Assembly: GCA_963845245.1 (NCBI GenBank)
Contig: CAWJRJ010000018.1
Location: forward strand, 32,001-96,000
Direction: 5' to 3'
Length of the DNA: 64,000 bases
Source of the DNA: Nitrospirota bacterium
Lineage (GTDB): Bacteria; Nitrospirota; JACRHJ01
Made by a program: the position numbers and the translations under genes. A model generated the notes under the pieces. That model saw only the letters and a program-made list of their open reading frames with translations, searched no databases and had not been told where the DNA came from. Positions 1 through 9,723 of the stretch are shown one piece after another (the first letter of the stretch is position 1; every line of letters starts with the position of its first letter).

Positions 1-34
1 TACGTCACCTCCTTCCGGATATATGACTATATTT

Positions 35-50
35 AGCAACAAAGATGCCA
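35..50 (-). promoter_or_regulatory. sigma-54 (-24/-12) promoter for a gene starting just left of the window
   Basis: Minus strand reads TGGCATC-TTTG-TTGCT (GG-N10-GC consensus); strong [12 protein letters not shown] at 14..5 on the same strand. Confidence 0.85.
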
Positions 51-159
51 GAATATATAACGACGTTTGAGAATTATGTATCTAGTTGATAATAAAGGCG
101 TAAATTGGGAGGTTTCGCCGTCTGGCGCGTACGGACGAGGCTTTCGGGTTCGGCGAGAG

Positions 160-275
160 ATGTTACTTTAAGTAATGCAGAAATAATCTATTGTTAAATT
201 CCTTTAAATAACAAGCGAATGCATATGTTACTTATGGTAACGCAGTGGGGTCGGAATAAGTTACTTTTTGTTACA
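160..275. promoter_or_regulatory. Putative enhancer (UAS) boxes for the adjacent sigma-54 activator
   Basis: TGTTAC-TTTAA-GTAAT (161-176), TGTTAC-TTATG-GTAAC (226-241) and GTTAC-TTTTT-GTTAC (260-274), 110-225 bp upstream of the sigma-54 promoter. Confidence 0.65.
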
Positions 276-1632
276 AATGGTCGCTTCTTGGTATGCTCCA
301 GCGCTTGCGTTTCTCCCAGAGGGATTTGCGGGTTATCCCCAGCATGTCCGCAATCTTCTGCTCGGTCATATTCTGCTGGTATTTCAGTATTATTGCTTTC
401 GTGTACTCCTCTATTGAAAGGGCATCCAAATCAATAGCGGAACTGGTTGTGGCCAGCGGGCTGTTTCTGAGCTTGTCGGGCAGGTGTTCGGGCGTGATCG
501 AGTTGATGTCGGTGATGAGGACGGCCCTCTCGATTATATTCTTCAGTTCGCGCACGTTTCCCGGCCATGAATATTCCATGAATATCGAGATTACCTCGTC
601 CGATATGTCCTTTACCGGTTTCCCGAGTTCGGCCGCGTATTTGTCGAGGAAGTGTCGGGCAAGCAGCGGCACGTCTTCCTGCCTCTCCCTGAGCGGGGTC
701 AGAGCAAGGTTGATCGTGTTTATGCGGTAGTAGAGGTCTTCCCTGAACGAGCCGTCCTTGGTGGCCTTCTGGAGGTCCTTGTTTGTCGCCGTTATGAACC
801 GCAGGTTTACTTTCAGGCTCTGGTTCCCGCCGACCTGCCTTATCTCCTGGTCCTCTATCACCCGAAGCAGTTTTGACTGGAGCCCCGTGCTCATCTCGCC
901 GATCTCGTCGAGAAATACGGTGCCGCTGTTCGCTTCTTCAAACAGCCCCTTCTTTGCGGCGACCGCGCCGGTGAAAGCACCCTTTGCATGTCCGAAAAGC
1001 TCTGACTCAAGCAGGTTTTCCGGTATCGCCGAGCAGTTTATGGGCACGAACGGCTTGTCCTTGCGCATGCTGCTGTAGTGTATGGCGCGCGCGATAAGCT
1101 CCTTGCCCGTCCCAGTCTCGCCCACAATCAGGACGTTGCTCTTCGCGTCGGCAATCTTTGTGACCTCGTCCAGTACCTTCCTTATCTTCGGGCAGACGCC
1201 TATTATATGGCTGAAGTCGTACTCCTTCTCTATCTGTTTCCGAAGGATAAGGTTTTCCGTCTGGAGCGAGCGCTGTTTGAGGGCGCTTCGTACCAGCAGT
1301 TTCACCTCTTCATGGATTATGGGCTTCATTATATAGTCGTATGCTCCGGCGCGCAGAGCCTCGACTGCCGTCTCGAGCGAGGCGAATGCGGTCATCAGCA
1401 CGATAAGCTGGTCGGGTTGTCTCTCCCGCACCTTACGGAGCACCTCTATCCCGTCTATCCCGGGCAGGAAGATGTCGCTGATTATCAGGTCGTAGATGGC
1501 CGACCCGGTCAGTTCCAGGGCATCCTCCCCGGTGCCAGTGGTTGTCACGTCGTAACCTTCACGCGTCAGGAGCCGCCCGAGCGACTCGCGGAGCGTCTCC
1601 TCATCGTCTATTATCAGTATCCTCTCAGACAT
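271..1632 (-). CDS. sigma-54-dependent two-component response regulator (NtrC/AtoC/CbrB family)
   Basis: REC domain, GETGTGKE Walker A, ESELFGHAKGAFTGA, WPGNVREL, C-terminal HTH. Confidence 0.95.
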   Translation of the reverse strand: MSERILIIDDEETLRESLGRLLTREGYDVTTTGTGEDALELTGSAIYDLIISDIFLPGIDGIEVLRKVRERQPDQLIVLMTAFASLETAVEALRAGAYDYIMKPIIHEEVKLLVRSALKQRSLQTENLILRKQIEKEYDFSHIIGVCPKIRKVLDEVTKIADAKSNVLIVGETGTGKELIARAIHYSSMRKDKPFVPINCSAIPENLLESELFGHAKGAFTGAVAAKKGLFEEANSGTVFLDEIGEMSTGLQSKLLRVIEDQEIRQVGGNQSLKVNLRFITATNKDLQKATKDGSFREDLYYRINTINLALTPLRERQEDVPLLARHFLDKYAAELGKPVKDISDEVISIFMEYSWPGNVRELKNIIERAVLITDINSITPEHLPDKLRNSPLATTSSAIDLDALSIEEYTKAIILKYQQNMTEQKIADMLGITRKSLWEKRKRWSIPRSDHL

Positions 1633-4564
1633 CTTTCGCCCCCATCGGCAGACTTATTATGAATGTGGTGCCCTTGCCCTTTTCGCTGTCCACCAGTATC
1701 TTCCCTCCGTGTTCTTTTATTATCCCGTAGCAGATGCTCATCCCAAGACCAGTACCCTTGCCGGGTGACTTGGTCGTGAAGAACGGGTCGAAAACCTTCT
1801 CCGCCGTGTCCTTGTCCATGCCAAGGCCGGTGTCCTTGAATATGATGTCGACATTGTCCTTTGACTGTTTCACCTTTATGGCAAGCCTACCGCCCTCCGG
1901 CATGGCGTCCAGCGCATTCAGCAGCAGGTTCAAGAATACCTGCTGTATCTGGTCTGGGTTTATATTAACGTCCGGGACGGTCTCGATGTCCTGGGTTATC
2001 TCGATCTTCTTGAACTTTTTGTCGTAGCGGGTGAGGTTGAGGGTGCTGTCAAGAACGTCTATTATGTTTGTGCTTACCTTCTCCGGTGTGTAAAGCCTTG
2101 CAAAATCGCCCAGGCTTCGCACTATCCTGACTATCCTCCCGATGTGGTGGTTTATTATATCGAGGGCTTCTTTATGGAACTCCGGGGAGCTTACCTCCTG
2201 TATCTCCTGCACGAGCGAGGATATGGAGGCCAGCGGGTTCCCGATCTCGTGGGATATGCCTGCGGTCAGTTTGCCGATGCTCGCGTATTTCGACGCCTGA
2301 AGGAGTTCTTCCTCCCTCCTCTTGGTCTCGGTGATGTCGTCTATCATCAAGACGAAGCCGCCCTGCGGGTCCTTGAACTGGCTTACGGACACCTTAAGCA
2401 GCGCGGGCGACAGCGATTTCCGGTCGCAGGTGTACTCCCCGCCGGCGATGCCGCCGGAGAAGATGTCCGGCTTTATGCAGTTGAGGAGTTCCTCAATTGG
2501 CCTGCTATGGGCATTGTCTCTTTTGATGTTTGATATAGACTCCATCGCTTTATTCCAGTAAGTGACCCTGTGCTCACGGTCGAGTGTTGCAATGCCCTGA
2601 GGCACGCTCTCGATGATGTTCTGGCTGAACTCCTTCAGGAACGAAAGCTCGACATTTGCCTCCTCAAGCTTCTCCCTCGAAAGCCTGAGCCGGTCGGTTA
2701 TCTGCCTTATCGAGGACGAAAGCTCGTCTGTAAGCACCAGCCTTTTCCTGAGGATCAGGGTGGAGATGGCCGAGCCGAGCGCGCCTGAGAGTATCTTTTC
2801 GGCCTCGTCCCGAAGCTCGACAAGCTGTTCAGGTTTTATCTCCGCCGCGTTTATCTTCCGGCGTTCCATGAACTGCGCTATAGCGGCCCTGGCCTCGTCC
2901 ATCCCTATATAACTTCCCAACAGCCGTTCTACTTCCTCCACACTGTGCAACCCCGGGAAGGATGCGCCGCCGACAGGGTCGTACGACTCCACGAACACGA
3001 AGGCCTGCCTCTCCTCCTCGGCAGACTGTTTAGTGAATATGGAAACGCTTAAATAGAGGCCGAGGTTTATAAGCAGGCTCCAGAACAGCGAGTGGGTCCA
3101 TTTGTCCAGGCCGCCTACACCGAAGAGCGCGTTCGGGTTAAGGGCGGATGAGCTGAAAAGCTGTTGCAGGTACGCGTTCGATATGACGCCCGCCTTCACC
3201 AGCGCAGGTATGAAGAGCGTATACAGCCACACGATAAAGCCCGCGACCAGGCCGGCCATCGCGCCCCTTCTGTTCCCGCCCTTCCAGTAAAGCCCGATGA
3301 GAAGCGACGGCGCAAAGAGCGTCACCGCCTCGAACGACTTCAGCCCCATGTCAACAAGGGAATAGAACTCGCCGACCGAGACCGCGAAGAAATAGCCCAG
3401 GAACACGCAGAACAGTATGACGAGCCTTTTCACATTCAAGACCAGCGCGGGAAAACCCTTGGTCTTGTTGAAGCGGATAAGCACCGGCATGACAAGGCTG
3501 TTCATCACCATCGTGGAAAGCGCGAGCGACTCCACGATTATCATCCCGGTCGCGGCCGAGAAGCCGCCGAGGAATACGAGCAGTGCAAGTGCTGGTTTGC
3601 TCTGTCCCAGCGGGATGGTAAGGAGGAAGCTGTCCGCCTGCGACACCTGTCCGCCCAGCAGCAGCCCGCCGAAGGCGACCGGCAGCACGAATATATTTAT
3701 CAGGAGCATATAGAGCGGGAAGAGCCACATCGCCTTCAGGATGTGCTTAGGGTCGGAGTTCTCCACGACGGCCATGTGGAACTGCCTCGGCAGGAACATT
3801 ATGGCCATCATCGAAAGGAACGTCAGCGAGCCCCACTCGAAATACGAGGTTGGGCTCTCGGTGCCCAAGCTGAAAAGCCTGCCCGAGCCGGTCTCGGCCA
3901 CCCTCTGAAATATGTCGCCGAAGCCGTTGAATATTCCGTATGTAACGAATGCCCCGGCAATCAGGAACGCGAACAGCTTCAGTATGGACTCGAACGCTAT
4001 CGCGAACACCAAGCCCTCGTGCCGCTCCGAGGAGTCCAGCTTCCTCGCTCCGAAAATGATCGCAAATATCCCAAGGAACAGGGCGATGAACCAGCCAGCC
4101 GCCAGGCTTCCCTCCGTATGGCCGGTCATTATTTCGTACGTGGATATTATGGATTTTATCTGGAGGCCGAGGTACGGCGTTATGCCTACGAGCGCCACGA
4201 CCGCTACCAATGCGGAGAGCGAGAGTGACCGGCCATAGCGCGCGCCGATGAAGTCGGCGATGTTCGTTATCCTGTTCTCCTTCGCCACCACAACCATCTT
4301 GCGCAGGATAATCCACCACAGACAGGCCATCAGCGTCGGGCCCAGGTATGTCGTCAGGAAAGAAAGCCCGGATGTGGCGGCCTTGCCGATGCTGCCGTAG
4401 AACGTCCATGAGGTGCAGTATACCGCGAGCGATAGCGAATATATGTAGGGGTTTGAGACAATGCTCCTGCCCGCCTTCTCACGCGCCTCGGCGTAGTATG
4501 CCAGCGCGAACAGCAGGAACAGGTATGCGAGGACGATAATAAATAGTGTGCCGGGGTTGAACAC
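1625..4564 (-). CDS. Sodium:solute symporter (SLC5)-fused sensor histidine kinase (CbrA/CrbS-like: SLC5-STAC-PAS-HisKA-HATPase)
   Basis: [17 protein letters not shown] and [13 protein letters not shown] motifs of SLC5-kinase fusions, ~13 TM segments, SHEIGNPL H-box, DPFFTTK and GTGLG. Confidence 0.92.
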   Translation of the reverse strand: MFNPGTLFIIVLAYLFLLFALAYYAEAREKAGRSIVSNPYIYSLSLAVYCTSWTFYGSIGKAATSGLSFLTTYLGPTLMACLWWIILRKMVVVAKENRITNIADFIGARYGRSLSLSALVAVVALVGITPYLGLQIKSIISTYEIMTGHTEGSLAAGWFIALFLGIFAIIFGARKLDSSERHEGLVFAIAFESILKLFAFLIAGAFVTYGIFNGFGDIFQRVAETGSGRLFSLGTESPTSYFEWGSLTFLSMMAIMFLPRQFHMAVVENSDPKHILKAMWLFPLYMLLINIFVLPVAFGGLLLGGQVSQADSFLLTIPLGQSKPALALLVFLGGFSAATGMIIVESLALSTMVMNSLVMPVLIRFNKTKGFPALVLNVKRLVILFCVFLGYFFAVSVGEFYSLVDMGLKSFEAVTLFAPSLLIGLYWKGGNRRGAMAGLVAGFIVWLYTLFIPALVKAGVISNAYLQQLFSSSALNPNALFGVGGLDKWTHSLFWSLLINLGLYLSVSIFTKQSAEEERQAFVFVESYDPVGGASFPGLHSVEEVERLLGSYIGMDEARAAIAQFMERRKINAAEIKPEQLVELRDEAEKILSGALGSAISTLILRKRLVLTDELSSSIRQITDRLRLSREKLEEANVELSFLKEFSQNIIESVPQGIATLDREHRVTYWNKAMESISNIKRDNAHSRPIEELLNCIKPDIFSGGIAGGEYTCDRKSLSPALLKVSVSQFKDPQGGFVLMIDDITETKRREEELLQASKYASIGKLTAGISHEIGNPLASISSLVQEIQEVSSPEFHKEALDIINHHIGRIVRIVRSLGDFARLYTPEKVSTNIIDVLDSTLNLTRYDKKFKKIEITQDIETVPDVNINPDQIQQVFLNLLLNALDAMPEGGRLAIKVKQSKDNVDIIFKDTGLGMDKDTAEKVFDPFFTTKSPGKGTGLGMSICYGIIKEHGGKILVDSEKGKGTTFIISLPMGAKDV

Positions 4565-4744
4565 CTATCCGCCGTCCTCCTCTTTTGATGCCCTGCGGAT
4601 GAAGAGGTAGATGAGCGCGATGAGGAGCAGCCAGGTGGTGTAGAGGTATGCGGGCAGGTGCGAGCCGAAGATGGCCAGGAGTGGCCAGTTCAACGCCAAA
4701 GTACCTATAAAGAAAAGAAAAACCCAGACTTCCTTCGTCTTCAT
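4565..4744 (-). CDS. Small two-TM membrane protein directly upstream of the SLC5 kinase (CbrX-like position)
   Basis: 59-aa hydrophobic ORF MKTKEVWVFLFF... whose stop abuts the kinase start; TTGACA-17-TACATT promoter directly upstream. Confidence 0.7.
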   Translation of the reverse strand: MKTKEVWVFLFFIGTLALNWPLLAIFGSHLPAYLYTTWLLLIALIYLFIRRASKEEDGG

Positions 4745-4780
4745 GTTACCTAATGTAACATTACTAAAAACCTTTGTCAA
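4744..4780 (-). promoter_or_regulatory. sigma-70 promoter overlapped by a perfect TGTTAC-N5-GTAACA palindrome
   Basis: TTGACA (4780-4775), 17 nt, TACATT (4757-4752); palindrome at 4744-4760. Confidence 0.65.
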
Positions 4781-4794
4781 CGGGGAACACGAGC

Positions 4795-5142
4795 CTATGC
4801 CCCGGCCACCCCGCCCCGGAACATGAAATACGCCGCACCTGCCAGACATATCCCAGCCCAGAGGTAATCGAGCCTCAGGGGCTGCTTCATATATAGGTAC
4901 GCGAACCCCGCGAACACCGTCATCGTGATAATCTCCTGAATCACCTTCAACTGCCCCAGGTCGTAATATTTGTATCCAATCCGGTTCGCCGGGACCTGTA
5001 GTGTATACTCAAAGAAGGCGATTCCCCAGCTAACGAGTATCACGAGGATGAGCGGCTTGGTGCTCATCGTCTTTAAATGCCCGTACCAGGCGAAGGTCAT
5101 GAACATGTTGGAAAAGGTTAGAAGGACGATGGTCTTTAACAT
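4795..5142 (-). CDS. DMT-superfamily small membrane protein (DUF486-like)
   Basis: SNMFMTFAWYGHLK, SWGIAFFEY.LQVPANRIG and QLKVIQE motifs. Confidence 0.85.
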   Translation of the reverse strand: MLKTIVLLTFSNMFMTFAWYGHLKTMSTKPLILVILVSWGIAFFEYTLQVPANRIGYKYYDLGQLKVIQEIITMTVFAGFAYLYMKQPLRLDYLWAGICLAGAAYFMFRGGVAGA

Positions 5143-5249
5143 GGCTTCCTCAAAAAACTGGTTAATAACATGACGCAATAGGTTATTTTACGCCAAAACC
5201 AGACTAACTGCAAGATATTGCTGACAAAAACATGACACGAAAATGTCGC

Positions 5250-5278
5250 TTGACATCGAAAAAAAATAGGCATATCTT
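5250..5278 (+). promoter_or_regulatory. sigma-70 promoter for the riboswitch-kimA transcript
   Basis: TTGACA-17 nt-TATCTT immediately before the riboswitch. Confidence 0.6.
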
Positions 5279-5294
5279 TATCCCGATTTCTGAT

Positions 5295-5420
5295 TGCAGC
5301 CGAGATCCAGTTAACAATGGATGCGGGGGACCCAGATTCCGGGGCGGATTCCTTCTTTTTGAGGATAAGGCACTCCCAAGCCTGAGCCCGACAGCTAACC
5401 TCGTAGGCGTTTGGTGAGCA
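5295..5420 (+). ncRNA. c-di-AMP (ydaO/yuaA) riboswitch
   Basis: GCCGAGATCC...GGATGCGGGGGACCC...GGGGCGGAT...CCCGACAGCTAACCTCGTAGGCG matches the ydaO consensus; lies upstream of a KimA/YdaO gene. Confidence 0.9.
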
Positions 5421-5434
5421 ATGAGCAGTGCGTG

Positions 5435-5467
5435 AGCCGCTGGTCTTGCCAGTGGTTTTCTTTTTTT
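5435..5467 (+). terminator. Intrinsic terminator, expression platform of the c-di-AMP riboswitch
   Basis: AGCCGCTGG-TCTTG-CCAGTGGTT followed by a T tract, before the start codon. Confidence 0.7.
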
Positions 5468-5514
5468 AAAAAGGGTCTATTGGGTAAGGCCTTCATGAGG
5501 GGGAATTGGTTTAA

Positions 5515-7515
5515 ATGAATGCGCCATCCAATGAACGAAAGACACTTAAAAAGAGGCTTAAAAACCTTGTTATAGGCGGCGGGCGCGACATATTCGACCC
5601 GCAAGTGTTCCACAACATCTCGCTGATAGCCTTCTTTGCCTGGGTAGGTCTTGGCGCCGACGGGCTGTCGTCGTCTTGCTACGGTCCGGAGGAGGCCTTC
5701 CTCGCGCTTCAGGGCCACACGCACCTGGCTGTTTTCATAGCCCTGGCCTCGGGCATCACCGTCTTCGTCATAAGCACCAGCTACTCGCAGATAATCGAGC
5801 TTTTCCCCACCGGCGGCGGCGGATACCTTGTGGCAAGCAAGCTCCTCTCGCCCACCGCTGGCATGGTCTCCGGCTGCGCGCTGCTCATAGACTACGTCCT
5901 CACGATCACGATATCCGTCGCATCTGCTGCGGACGCCATCTTCAGCTTCCTGCCGCCGCACTGGCTTGCTTACAAGCTCGGGTTTGCGGTGATTGCGGTA
6001 CTTGTGCTTACCGTTATGAACCTGCGGGGCGTGAAAGAGTCCGTGCTGCCGCTTGTGCCAATATTCCTCACCTTCATCGCCACGCACGCATTCTTCATCA
6101 TCTATGCGCTTGTGTCGCATGCCGGAAACTTCCCGGAGCTCATCCATTCCACCGGGACCGAGATACAGCGCACGCACACGGAACTCGGGTTTTTCGGGAT
6201 GTTCTTCCTTATAATGCGCGCGTACAGCCTGGGCGCCGGTACCTATACCGGCATCGAGGCGGTCAGCAACGGGCTGCCCATACTTCGTGAGCCGAGGGTA
6301 AAGACCGGCAAAAAGACTATGCATTACATGGCCTTCTCATTGGCCTTCACCGTCATGGGCCTTATGTTCGCCTACCTGCTCTACGGCGTCTCGCACGTGC
6401 CGGGCAAGACCCTCAACGCGGTCCTCTTTGAGAACATAACCAAAGGCTGGGGAGGTTCCGCCTACATTTTAGTGCTGGTCACGCTGATCTCAGAAGGAGT
6501 GCTGCTCCTGGTCGCGGCCCAGGCAGGCTTTTTGGACGGGCCAAGGGTGCTCTCGAACATGGCGCTAGACCGCTGGTTCCCCACGAAGTTCGCGTCATTC
6601 TCGGACCGCCTCGTCACGCAGAAAGGCATACTGATAATGGGTGGCGCCGGGTTGGTAATGATGGTGCTCTCGAAAGGCTCAGTCGGCTTGCTCGTCGTCC
6701 TGTATTCCATCAACGTCTTCATCACATTCTCGATGTCGCAGCTCGGCATGGTGCGCCACTGGTGGCAGGAGCGGGGCAAGGCGGACCACTGGAAGAAGAA
6801 GCTCTTCATCAATGGGCTTGGTCTTTCCATGACCACTTTCATACTCATCTCGGTCGTCATATTGAAGTTCGGGGAGGGCGGATGGATAACGCTTGTAATA
6901 ACCGGCGCTCTCATCGGGCTTTCGCTCCTGATCAAGAGGCACTACCTGAACACCCAGAAGATGCTGGGCAGGCTTGACACCCTTGTCGAGGCGGCAGGGT
7001 ATGACCTCCACACCAAAACAGAACTTGAGGGCGAAGGGTACAAGGTTCAGTACGACCCGAAGTCCAAGACGGCAGTCCTGCTGGTAAACGGATACAACGG
7101 GCTGGGGCTGCATACCCTCCTGAACGTCATACGGCTTTTCGGGGGGATGTTCAGGAACTTTGTGTTCATAGAAGTGGGCATAGTGGACGCAGGCACCTTC
7201 AAGGGCGCGGAAGAGCTTGAGCACCTGAAGAAGAAGGTCAACGGAGACCTGGAGATGTACGTCAATTTCGTCAAGAGCAAGGGCTTCTATGCGGAAGGGT
7301 TTGCAATGATCGGCACGGACGTTGTCGAGGAGGTATCCAAGGTGACGCCCGAGATCATGGATAAATTCGGCAACACGGTATTCTTTGGCGGCCAGCTCGT
7401 ATTCCCGAACCCGTCGATCTTTACGGGCTTCCTGCACAACTACACCATCTTCGCCGTGCAGAGGTATTACTACAACCAGGGCATACCCATAATGATGATG
7501 CCGATACGGGTCTGA
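5515..7515 (+). CDS. kimA: APC-family K+/H+ symporter KimA/YdaO
   Basis: DGLSSSCYGPEE, GGGGY.VAS, LLIDYVLTITISV, TGIEAVSNG motifs; ydaO riboswitch upstream. Confidence 0.85.
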   Translation: MNAPSNERKTLKKRLKNLVIGGGRDIFDPQVFHNISLIAFFAWVGLGADGLSSSCYGPEEAFLALQGHTHLAVFIALASGITVFVISTSYSQIIELFPTGGGGYLVASKLLSPTAGMVSGCALLIDYVLTITISVASAADAIFSFLPPHWLAYKLGFAVIAVLVLTVMNLRGVKESVLPLVPIFLTFIATHAFFIIYALVSHAGNFPELIHSTGTEIQRTHTELGFFGMFFLIMRAYSLGAGTYTGIEAVSNGLPILREPRVKTGKKTMHYMAFSLAFTVMGLMFAYLLYGVSHVPGKTLNAVLFENITKGWGGSAYILVLVTLISEGVLLLVAAQAGFLDGPRVLSNMALDRWFPTKFASFSDRLVTQKGILIMGGAGLVMMVLSKGSVGLLVVLYSINVFITFSMSQLGMVRHWWQERGKADHWKKKLFINGLGLSMTTFILISVVILKFGEGGWITLVITGALIGLSLLIKRHYLNTQKMLGRLDTLVEAAGYDLHTKTELEGEGYKVQYDPKSKTAVLLVNGYNGLGLHTLLNVIRLFGGMFRNFVFIEVGIVDAGTFKGAEELEHLKKKVNGDLEMYVNFVKSKGFYAEGFAMIGTDVVEEVSKVTPEIMDKFGNTVFFGGQLVFPNPSIFTGFLHNYTIFAVQRYYYNQGIPIMMMPIRV

Positions 7516-7560
7516 TAGCCCTGGCCTTTTCTGGTATAATTCAGTGAAGGAGGCTTGAAC

Positions 7561-8007
7561 ATGTGGCAATGCAGCCGGTACCTCGTAGCGTTACTTTTTA
7601 TCTGCATCCTGCTTTTAGCGCCCGCATCCACGCGTGCAGCCCAGGAAAAAGAGATATGTGTGGCTCAGGGCGAAGTCACGGTCCTGGTGTCGCTTGAACT
7701 GCCGGAAGGCTACGCCATAAGTGATGATGCCCCGTCGAGCGTCAAAACCACGTCTTCAAGCGTCAAGGCCATAAGCTTTGACGGCAAGCCGTCAACAACC
7801 GTAACAAACCCATCCTTCCCCCTGAAACTAAAGGCCAGGGCAAACGGAGGCAAAGCCGACCTGACGCTTGAGTTTAACGTATACTACTGCGGCCACAAGG
7901 ACACCTCTGTGTGCAAGGCCTACCGGAATAAAGTCACGGTCCCGATATCGGTTGCCAAAGGTTCAGGCACCAAAAGCATAAAAATCCACCAGAAAGTCGC
8001 CCTCTAA
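7561..8007 (+). CDS. Secreted hypothetical protein, beta-rich with a YYC-x7-C motif
   Basis: Signal peptide, SD AAGGAGG upstream, 148-aa ORF. Confidence 0.7.
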   Translation: MWQCSRYLVALLFICILLLAPASTRAAQEKEICVAQGEVTVLVSLELPEGYAISDDAPSSVKTTSSSVKAISFDGKPSTTVTNPSFPLKLKARANGGKADLTLEFNVYYCGHKDTSVCKAYRNKVTVPISVAKGSGTKSIKIHQKVAL

Positions 8008-8106
8008 AAACCTGTACCCCGAGTGTCCTGCATCCCTTTGTTAGGGTTGGACATTGATGTTGATTTGTGGTATAAACAAAAAAGGTTTTTTTAGGGGTGC
8101 GTCTTG

Positions 8107-9723
8107 ATGGACCAGACGGAAAAAGAGATGTCAGGTGTGCAGCAGTTCGGCAGCTATGTGTTCTTGCAGAAGTTTGCCGTAGGCGGCATGGCCGAGCTTT
8201 ACAAGGCCAGGAAGAGCGGCGCGAAGGGGTTCCAGAAGCTGTTCGTCGCCAAGAAGATACTGCCTCACCTTGCTATGAACGACGACTTCATCGGCATGCT
8301 TATCGACGAGGCCAAGGTCGCAGCCCTCCTCGACCATCCCAACATAGTCCGCATTTACGACCTGGGCAAGGTCGAAGACTCCTACTGCATAGTAATGGAA
8401 TACGTCCGCGGCCGCGACCTCAGGAAGGTTCTGAACCGGTCGGCAAAGCTGAATACTCCTATCCCGATCGCCGAGGCCTGCCTCATAGCGGCTTCGGTGC
8501 TTGCAGGCCTTTCCAGCGCGCACACAAAAAAATTCAAGGGCAAAGAGCTCGACATAGTACACCGCGACATAAGCCCCCAGAACATCCTGGTCTCTTTTGA
8601 GGGTGAGGTGAAGATCGCCGACTTCGGCATTGCAAAGGCGGCAAACCAGAGTACCGAGACCAAGGCGGGCGTCCTCAAGGGCAAGGTCTCGTACATGTCC
8701 CCCGAACAGGCAAGCGGCCGGCCGCTCGACTGCCGTTCCGACATATTCTCGGCTGGCGTGATACTCTACGAGATGCTCACCGGGAGGAAACTTTTCCACG
8801 GCGAGTCGGATATGGTGACCATCAACAAGGTGCGGATGGCAAAGGTTGACCCGCTGCCGTCGTCGGTCAACCCCTCCGTACCAAAAGAACTTGACGGCAT
8901 CCTCATGAAGGCCCTAGCCAGGGACCCCTCAAAAAGATACCAGACCGCAGCCGAGATGGAGAAGGAAATCTACTGGCTGATGAGGGCCGAAGGGTATACC
9001 GCAGACTCCTATTCTCTCGGGGAGTATGTCTCGGGGATATTCAAGGAAGAACGCGAAGCGGAAATAACCGAGGACGAGGAGTTGTTCGAGGCCGGTGCCA
9101 CTGCCACTGAAGAGAAGATTTTCCAAACCACTATAGATAACGGACCGCTCCATCCCGAGCCCACACAGGAAACACTAAATGCGGCTGTGGAGGTTAAGCC
9201 GCCCGCACAGCCTGTCCGTAACACCCCAAAATGGCACTACGCCGCTGTTGTCGCGGTTGCAGCGTTGGCAATACCCGCCACATTCTTTGTTGCACGTCTT
9301 ACCTACACTGCAAAATCTGTCGCCCAAAAACCGACAGAAGCGCCATTGGCCGTGCCTGCCGTGCAAGCGTCAGTGGCAAAGCTGAAGAAGGCAGTTCAGA
9401 AAAAAACTCCTGCCGTCACAGAGTCGACTGAAGGTCAAGCAGTAGCAAAAGCGTCGATCAGCTCGGAACCAACAGGTGCTGCGGTTTTTGTAGACGGGGG
9501 TTTTGCAGGGAACTCGCCGATCTCGGTGCTCAACCTTAAAGACAGGCATACATACACGGTAAAGGTTGTGAAGGATGGTTATGAGGACTGGTCTGGTACT
9601 CTTGTGACAGACGCAAACGGCTCCGGCGTCTTGAAAGCAGACCTGAAACTAAAGCCTCCCGTGCAGAAAAAGGAAGACATCTGGTCCGACCCGTTCCCGA
9701 AAAGCCCACGCAAACCTAGTTAA
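8107..9723 (+). CDS. Hanks-type Ser/Thr protein kinase with TM helix and C-terminal PEGA-like domain
   Basis: GGMAELY, HRDISPQN, DFGIAK, YMSPEQ, SDIFSAG; TM helix; ISSEPTGAAVFVDG PEGA motif. Confidence 0.92.
   Translation: MDQTEKEMSGVQQFGSYVFLQKFAVGGMAELYKARKSGAKGFQKLFVAKKILPHLAMNDDFIGMLIDEAKVAALLDHPNIVRIYDLGKVEDSYCIVMEYVRGRDLRKVLNRSAKLNTPIPIAEACLIAASVLAGLSSAHTKKFKGKELDIVHRDISPQNILVSFEGEVKIADFGIAKAANQSTETKAGVLKGKVSYMSPEQASGRPLDCRSDIFSAGVILYEMLTGRKLFHGESDMVTINKVRMAKVDPLPSSVNPSVPKELDGILMKALARDPSKRYQTAAEMEKEIYWLMRAEGYTADSYSLGEYVSGIFKEEREAEITEDEELFEAGATATEEKIFQTTIDNGPLHPEPTQETLNAAVEVKPPAQPVRNTPKWHYAAVVAVAALAIPATFFVARLTYTAKSVAQKPTEAPLAVPAVQASVAKLKKAVQKKTPAVTESTEGQAVAKASISSEPTGAAVFVDGGFAGNSPISVLNLKDRHTYTVKVVKDGYEDWSGTLVTDANGSGVLKADLKLKPPVQKKEDIWSDPFPKSPRKPS

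Noticed and set aside
3164..7569. Long antisense or alternate-frame ORFs (e.g. 3164-4228, 5395-6324, 6679-7569) and similar ones across the window
   Set aside because: They are shadows of real genes in GC-rich codon space with no recognisable motifs
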